In this document: positions 58,960-64,000 of the stretch, piece after piece
Layout of the letters: each line of letters begins with the position of its first letter
Position numbering within the stretch: position 1 is the stretch's first letter
Assembly (NCBI GenBank): GCA_012520455.1
Contig: JAAYOE010000037.1
Location: 6,027 to 70,026 of the forward strand
Direction: 5' to 3'
DNA: 64,000 nucleotides
Origin: Tissierellia bacterium
GTDB taxonomy: Bacteria > Bacillota > Clostridia > Tissierellales > Sedimentibacteraceae
The notes under the pieces: model-generated
What the model saw: only the letters and a program-made list of their open reading frames with translations
Told to the model about the DNA's origin: nothing
Databases searched by the model: none
Translations under genes and position numbers: made by a program

Positions 58960-59541
58960 ATGAATAATACGGTCAAAAAACTGATACAATCCGAAAACAG
59001 GGTGTTTTTAACCATAATGGCGATTTTTACCGGTGCTTTGATTTTATCAGCACTTATTTATACACTGACCGGGAGGGGAACCATAGGGTCAATAAACTAT
59101 GAAGCTATAAGCCAAATGACCTTAATGCAGATATTCTTCATGACCTTGAAAAGGAATATCATTTATTTTTTGGCAGTCATTCTTTTAACCTGGCTGGGAC
59201 AGGGAAGACTAACCAGGGTCCTCTTTGGTTTAATATCGGTGTATTACGGCCTGTCCGTCATTTATGCCGTTAGGACTTTAGGATTTGAATTCAAATATTT
59301 TTTGCTTACCTTTACCGACTACCTCATTTTTTTTCCGATTTTACTTTATTTTACATATATTTCTGCTTCAATATGTAAATATACCAAAAAAGCAAAAAAC
59401 ATTGAGACTATTTCTCGTAAATTTGATATAATAATAAGCGGGTACATGCAAATATCTTTATATTATTTGCTGGTTGCTGCGGCTTATTCTCTTTTTTACA
59501 GTATATATATATTAGCATTGAGCAGGATGATGGTGAGATAA
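58960..59541 (+). CDS. spoIIM: Stage II sporulation protein M-like membrane protein
   Basis: About 5 TMs; position between nudF and xerD and SigE-type promoter; weak sequence recognition. Confidence 0.6.
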   Translation: MNNTVKKLIQSENRVFLTIMAIFTGALILSALIYTLTGRGTIGSINYEAISQMTLMQIFFMTLKRNIIYFLAVILLTWLGQGRLTRVLFGLISVYYGLSVIYAVRTLGFEFKYFLLTFTDYLIFFPILLYFTYISASICKYTKKAKNIETISRKFDIIISGYMQISLYYLLVAAAYSLFYSIYILALSRMMVR

Positions 59542-60410
59542 TGGATATGATGATTTATAAGGAATACCTGGCCGGGAGAAATTTGAGCGAAAACACAGTC
59601 GACTCATATGTTTATGATGTTGAAAACTTTGCAGCCTACCTTCGTGATGAGTATGGCCTTGAAATCCTTAAAACTAAAAAGGCTCATATTTTGACATATC
59701 TTGTAGCCCTGCAAAAAGACGGAAAAAGCTCATCCACCATCTCAAGGACCGTCTCATCCTTGAGAAAATTCTTTGATTTTTTGAATAAAGAAGACCTCAT
59801 TTCGGACAACCCTGCCGTCAACATCCGAAATCCCAAACAGATGAAAAGGAAACCCGCCATTCTGACTGAAGAAGAGATAGGTGAGCTTATGCTTCTGCCG
59901 GACAGAAATACCTTTAAAGGAATAAGGGATTCAGCAATGTTAGAATTGATGTATTCTTCGGGAATAAATGTTTCCGAGCTCATAAGCATAAGGGTGGGCC
60001 AAGTTAACCTAAGCGCTAGAATAATTTATATCAAGGGAGATAAGGACAGAATAATTCCTATGAGCAAGTATGCAAGGGATGCAATTGAAATATATTTAAA
60101 AGATTTCAGAAGGCCTGAAACAACTCGGGATGAGGATTACCTGTTCGTAAATGTTTACGGCGAGCCCATATCAAGGCAGGGTATATGGAAAATGCTCAAG
60201 TCCTATAAGAGTAAAATGAATTTGAAGAAGGAATTGTCTCCCATGGTCTTAAGAAATTCATTTGCCGTACATATGCTGTCTCACGGTGCCGATTTTGGAA
60301 CCCTTAAGGAATTAATGGGGCTCAGCAGCGCGGGAGCCGCACAAAACTATTTAAACACCCTGGAGTACAAGTCGTTGGAAGTATTTAAAAAGGCATTTCC
60401 GAGAGAATAG
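59541..60410 (+). CDS. XerD-like tyrosine recombinase with degenerate active site
   Basis: LSENTVDSY..D, S.STISR.VSSLR.FF, RDSAMLELMYSSG; catalytic boxes read GINVSEL, SPMVLRNS, LMGL, QNY. Confidence 0.85.
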   Translation: MDMMIYKEYLAGRNLSENTVDSYVYDVENFAAYLRDEYGLEILKTKKAHILTYLVALQKDGKSSSTISRTVSSLRKFFDFLNKEDLISDNPAVNIRNPKQMKRKPAILTEEEIGELMLLPDRNTFKGIRDSAMLELMYSSGINVSELISIRVGQVNLSARIIYIKGDKDRIIPMSKYARDAIEIYLKDFRRPETTRDEDYLFVNVYGEPISRQGIWKMLKSYKSKMNLKKELSPMVLRNSFAVHMLSHGADFGTLKELMGLSSAGAAQNYLNTLEYKSLEVFKKAFPRE

Positions 60411-60554
60411 TATGCCGGTTGCCGCCATAATTTAAAGAAAAGTCCGGGGAAAAAAACCGGTGTTTGAAAGAGAGTCATTATTGGTATAATAAGAATATAT
60501 GAATAAGGAGAGGGATTATATATCCCTCAATTTGATGTGTTGAAGGAGAGACCA

Positions 60555-61745
60555 ATGATAAAGAGAATAGTTCTTATGGTATTAGACAGCGTTGGGGTGG
60601 GTGAACTCCCTGATGCAGCCCTTTACGGGGATGAAGGCAGCAATACCTTTAAAAATATCTACAAACATGCAACAAATTTTTCACTGCCCAATTTAGAAAG
60701 GTTAGGGATTTTAAATATCAAGGGATTTGAAGACCTAAAAGGTTCTGATACCTTTTTGGGTTCCGTGGCCAAGTGCAGTGAAAAGTCAAAGGGTAAGGAT
60801 ACAACAACCGGTCACTGGGAAATCGCAGGATTGATTTTAGACAAGCCCTTCCCTGTTTATCCCGAGGGGTTTCCGGATGACCTGATAAGAGAATTCGAGA
60901 AAAGGGCAGGAAGAAAGGTCATAGGCAACTATCCTGCTTCCGGTACTGAGATAATTAAGGAATTAGGCAAGAAGCATATGGAAACGGGAGATTTAATAGT
61001 ATATACATCTGCCGACAGCGTATTTCAAATAGCAGCCCATGAAGAAGTTATCCCTTTAAAAGAGCTTTATGATATATGCAGGATTGCAAGGGAAATGCTC
61101 AGGGGTGACCACGGGGTGGGCAGGGTTATCGCAAGGCCTTTCACAGGCGCAGAAGGCAATTTCACAAGGACATCCAACAGGAAGGATTTTTCCTTGGAGC
61201 CCTACAGGGAAACCATGCTTGATTTCGTAAAAAACAGCGGCAGGGAAGTTTTTGCCATTGGAAAAATAGAAGATATATTCGCCAACAAAGGCATAACAAA
61301 ATCAAAACATACCGCAACCAATGACGAAGGAATTAAAGAAACCATCCTGGCCATGAAAGAAGACTTCAGCGGCTTGATTTTTACGAATCTTGTGGATTTT
61401 GACATGGTTTACGGCCACAGGAACAACATCCGGGGATATGCCGATGCCCTTATGAGCTTTGATATGATGCTTCCGGAGATAATAGGTGCCCTTAAAGAAG
61501 ATGATCTTTTGATAATTACGGCAGACCACGGCTGCGACCCTACAACCTCCAGCACCGACCATTCAAGGGAATACATTCCTTTGATCTTCTATGGAAAAAC
61601 TATTAAGGAAAACAATAATTTAGGCATACTTGACACTTTTGCATCCATAGGAAAGACCGTATTGGACATTTTTGAAATTAAAAATGACCTTGAGGGAAAG
61701 AGCGTAAAAAACCAAATATTAAAAACCGGGCAAGAGGCTGAATAA
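60555..61745 (+). CDS. deoB: Phosphopentomutase
   Basis: [51 protein letters not shown]. Confidence 0.96.
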   Translation: MIKRIVLMVLDSVGVGELPDAALYGDEGSNTFKNIYKHATNFSLPNLERLGILNIKGFEDLKGSDTFLGSVAKCSEKSKGKDTTTGHWEIAGLILDKPFPVYPEGFPDDLIREFEKRAGRKVIGNYPASGTEIIKELGKKHMETGDLIVYTSADSVFQIAAHEEVIPLKELYDICRIAREMLRGDHGVGRVIARPFTGAEGNFTRTSNRKDFSLEPYRETMLDFVKNSGREVFAIGKIEDIFANKGITKSKHTATNDEGIKETILAMKEDFSGLIFTNLVDFDMVYGHRNNIRGYADALMSFDMMLPEIIGALKEDDLLIITADHGCDPTTSSTDHSREYIPLIFYGKTIKENNNLGILDTFASIGKTVLDIFEIKNDLEGKSVKNQILKTGQEAE

Positions 61746-61771
61746 GAGGTTTTCACTTAGAGCATTTCAAT

Positions 61772-61800
61772 GTATGAATCTACAAAATATGGTTATTCTA
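61772..61800 (+). promoter_or_regulatory. SigF/SigG-type promoter for dacF
   Basis: GTATG-14-GGTTATTCTA, same spacing as the B. subtilis dacF promoter type. Confidence 0.55.
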
Positions 61801-61820
61801 CATAAAAAGGAGGTACTTTT

Positions 61821-62975
61821 ATGAAGAAAATTACAACCATATTTTTTGTGTTTATATTATTGAATATGTCGGTTTTTCCTGCCTATGGAATTGAACCGGA
61901 GGACTTGCAGTCCCGGTCTGCTATCTTAATCAATGCGGATGACGGCCGGGTTTTGTTTGAAAAAAATGCAAATGATAAGATGCAGCCTGCAAGCATAACG
62001 AAGATAATGCTCATGGTCTTAATTTCGGAAAGAATGAGAGACGGTCTGATAACCCCGGACCAGGAAATGACCATATCGGAGAATGCCGCAGGCATGGGGG
62101 GAAGCCAAATATATCTGGAAGCATATGAAGTACAGACCGTAGAAAACATGCTTAAAGCCATATCAATGAGGTCAGCTAACGATGCTTCGGTTGCCATGGC
62201 CGAGTTTATGTACGGGTCGGAAGAAAGCTGTGTCAAAGCAATGAATGAAAAGGCCAAGGAATTGGGCATGAATGATACCGTTTTTACTAATGTTACGGGT
62301 CTGCCGGACCCCAACCACCTGACTACCGCCAATGATATAGCCATAATGACCCGGGAGCTGTTAAAATATGATTACATGAATGAATACATGCTTACCTGGA
62401 TGGATTCGGTTTATGTAGGAAAAGAAAAGGATTCAGAGCAGGTATTGGTAAACACAAACAGGCTGATAAATAATTACGAGGGGCTTTTGGCCGGCAAGAC
62501 AGGTTATACCACCGAAGCAAAATATTGCTTGTCGGCAGCGGCAAGAAGAAATGACACTACCCTGATTGCCGTGGTCTTAGGCTGCGATAACACCAAGATT
62601 CGCTTTAACGAGGTTTCAAAGCTGTTGAACGAAGGGTTTGCCAATTATAAAAACTTTGTTTTCCACAAGGCCGGAGAGGTAATAACCAATGCCCCGGTCT
62701 ACTGCGGAAAGGCAGATACTGTTAACTTAGTATCGAAAGAAAACATCAACTATTTTACAGAAAGTAATTGCAAGCTTGAGGATTTTAATTTAGAATATGT
62801 AATAGATGATAATCTTAAAGCTCCCTTAAGCCTTGACACAAAAATAGGAAGAGCCATATTGTCAAAGGATGGTCAAGTTTTGGGAGAATTTGAGCTGTAT
62901 CCGGAATCAGATTTGGAAAAGGAAAATTTATTTAAATTTTTCATCAAAAATGTTTTGGAGACCACCATAAGATAA
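61821..62975 (+). CDS. dacF: D-alanyl-D-alanine carboxypeptidase (DacF-like)
   Basis: SxxK PASITK, SxN SAND, KTG GKTGYT; signal peptide. Confidence 0.85.
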   Translation: MKKITTIFFVFILLNMSVFPAYGIEPEDLQSRSAILINADDGRVLFEKNANDKMQPASITKIMLMVLISERMRDGLITPDQEMTISENAAGMGGSQIYLEAYEVQTVENMLKAISMRSANDASVAMAEFMYGSEESCVKAMNEKAKELGMNDTVFTNVTGLPDPNHLTTANDIAIMTRELLKYDYMNEYMLTWMDSVYVGKEKDSEQVLVNTNRLINNYEGLLAGKTGYTTEAKYCLSAAARRNDTTLIAVVLGCDNTKIRFNEVSKLLNEGFANYKNFVFHKAGEVITNAPVYCGKADTVNLVSKENINYFTESNCKLEDFNLEYVIDDNLKAPLSLDTKIGRAILSKDGQVLGEFELYPESDLEKENLFKFFIKNVLETTIR

Positions 62976-62988
62976 GGAAGATTTTAGA

Positions 62989-63717
62989 ATGGATTATTCC
63001 GTAAACATAAACGTATTTCAGGGACCCTTTGAACTCTTGTATCATCTTATAGAAAAAAAAGAAATAGACATCTACGATATACCCATATCGGAAATAACGG
63101 ACCAATACTTGGAGTACCTGGAAGAAATGATGCAATTCAATATGAATGTGGCCAGCGAATTCATATTGATGGCAGCAAGCCTCATTGAAATAAAATCTCA
63201 AATGCTTTTGCCCCAAAAGGAAAAAGAAGAAGACCCGAGACAGGAATTAGTTGCTCAATTGTTGGAATACAAGATATTTAAAGATTTGTCGGAAGAACTG
63301 AAAAAATATGAGGAAGAAACCACCTACTATATTACCAAACCCAGGGAAGAAATGGCCTTGACTTCTGATTCTAAGACAGAGCAGCTTTTTTTAAATGAGA
63401 TTAACGTATATGAGCTTTACAATGTTTACTTGTCTTTACTTAAAAAACAAAACTTTAAAATTGCCCAAAAAGAAAAGGATAAAATCTATAGGGAGAACTA
63501 CCGGGTCAGGGACTGCATGGAAGAAGTGTTAAAAAAAATAAAAAAATCCGGCAAGGTTTCCTTGTTTGATACATTCAAAGAAAAGCCATACATATCAAAA
63601 GAATATGTCATAACTTTATTTTTGGCCCTATTGGAACTGACTAACAACAGAGGAATGAAAATTTACCAGGATAAGCTGTATGGAGATATAATAATTAGTC
63701 CGGGGGAGAAAATATGA
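62989..63717 (+). CDS. scpA: Segregation and condensation protein A
   Basis: FQGPFELL.HLI.K.EIDIYDIPI, SEFILMAA.L.EIKS, FLALLEL. Confidence 0.93.
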   Translation: MDYSVNINVFQGPFELLYHLIEKKEIDIYDIPISEITDQYLEYLEEMMQFNMNVASEFILMAASLIEIKSQMLLPQKEKEEDPRQELVAQLLEYKIFKDLSEELKKYEEETTYYITKPREEMALTSDSKTEQLFLNEINVYELYNVYLSLLKKQNFKIAQKEKDKIYRENYRVRDCMEEVLKKIKKSGKVSLFDTFKEKPYISKEYVITLFLALLELTNNRGMKIYQDKLYGDIIISPGEKI

Positions 63718-64000
63718 ATCTGAAAAGTGTTTTGGAAAGCCTGATGTTCGCTTGGGGGGAGCCCTTAAGCATCAATGAAATGTCAAAAATATTAGAAATA
63801 CCTGTAAAGAGCTTAGCAGCCGTCCTGGACGAAATGATAAGCGAATTCCGTGACAATGAAGACAGGGGTCTTCTCATTCAAAGGTTCGGGAATTCCTACC
63901 AGCTTACTACCAAGAGAGAAAATTACGAATATATCCAGAGTCTTTTAGAAAATACCGTAAATAAAAGCTTATCAACCGCAGCAATGGAAACACTGTCAAT
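63714..64000 (+). CDS. scpB: Segregation and condensation protein B (partial, runs off right edge)
   Basis: Hand translation MNLKSVLESLMFAWGEPLS..RGLLIQRFGNSYQLTTK..LSTAAMETLS; ATGA overlap with scpA. Confidence 0.92.
   Translation, partial: MNLKSVLESLMFAWGEPLSINEMSKILEIPVKSLAAVLDEMISEFRDNEDRGLLIQRFGNSYQLTTKRENYEYIQSLLENTVNKSLSTAAMETLS

Noticed and set aside
260-63877. Many short antisense or overlapping ORFs in the track
   Set aside because: Shadows of well-supported genes on the opposite strand or frame, with no RBS or motifs

Overview
AT-rich chromosomal segment of a spore-forming Firmicute (Clostridia/Tissierellia-like, inferred from gene content), with almost all genes on the + strand. 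From left to right: a putative selenium/sulfur-trafficking divergon (LysR, cysteine desulfurase, YedE, TusA/YedF, DUF3343); addAB; deoC plus a BMP-type nucleoside ABC transporter; a DUF853 HerA-like ATPase and yraN; mtaB-HIT-rpsU-yqeY; yqfC-yqfD-phoH-ybeY-cdd-era-recO; a glycine T-box with glyQS; dgt-dnaG-rpoD-trmK-nif3-nadE; RNase P RNA; an FMN riboswitch with ribU; spoIIIAA-AH; nusB, a TsaD paralogue, xseAB, tlyA, argR, recN, spoIVB, spo0A; nudF, spoIIM, a xerD-like gene, deoB, dacF, scpAB. The main accessory signal is a 2.6-kb island (23401-25976) inserted between yqeY and yqfC. It carries a REP-associated HUH/Y1 tyrosine transposase (RAYT) and two cargo genes, and every gene is bracketed by copies of a 27-33 bp G-rich repeat (ATGACAAGGGGACGGGGGTAGTGTCAT-CTTTTT). 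The outermost copies form perfect 33-bp inverted ends, most copy clusters abut intrinsic terminators, and an outlying copy sits at a gene-order junction at 20838. Other notable items: a XerD-like protein missing three catalytic residues, an unannotated 38-aa Cys/Arg-rich ORF after rnpB, and a TGTC-tagged hairpin after rpoD. All product calls come from motif recognition and gene order only; no database searches were run.
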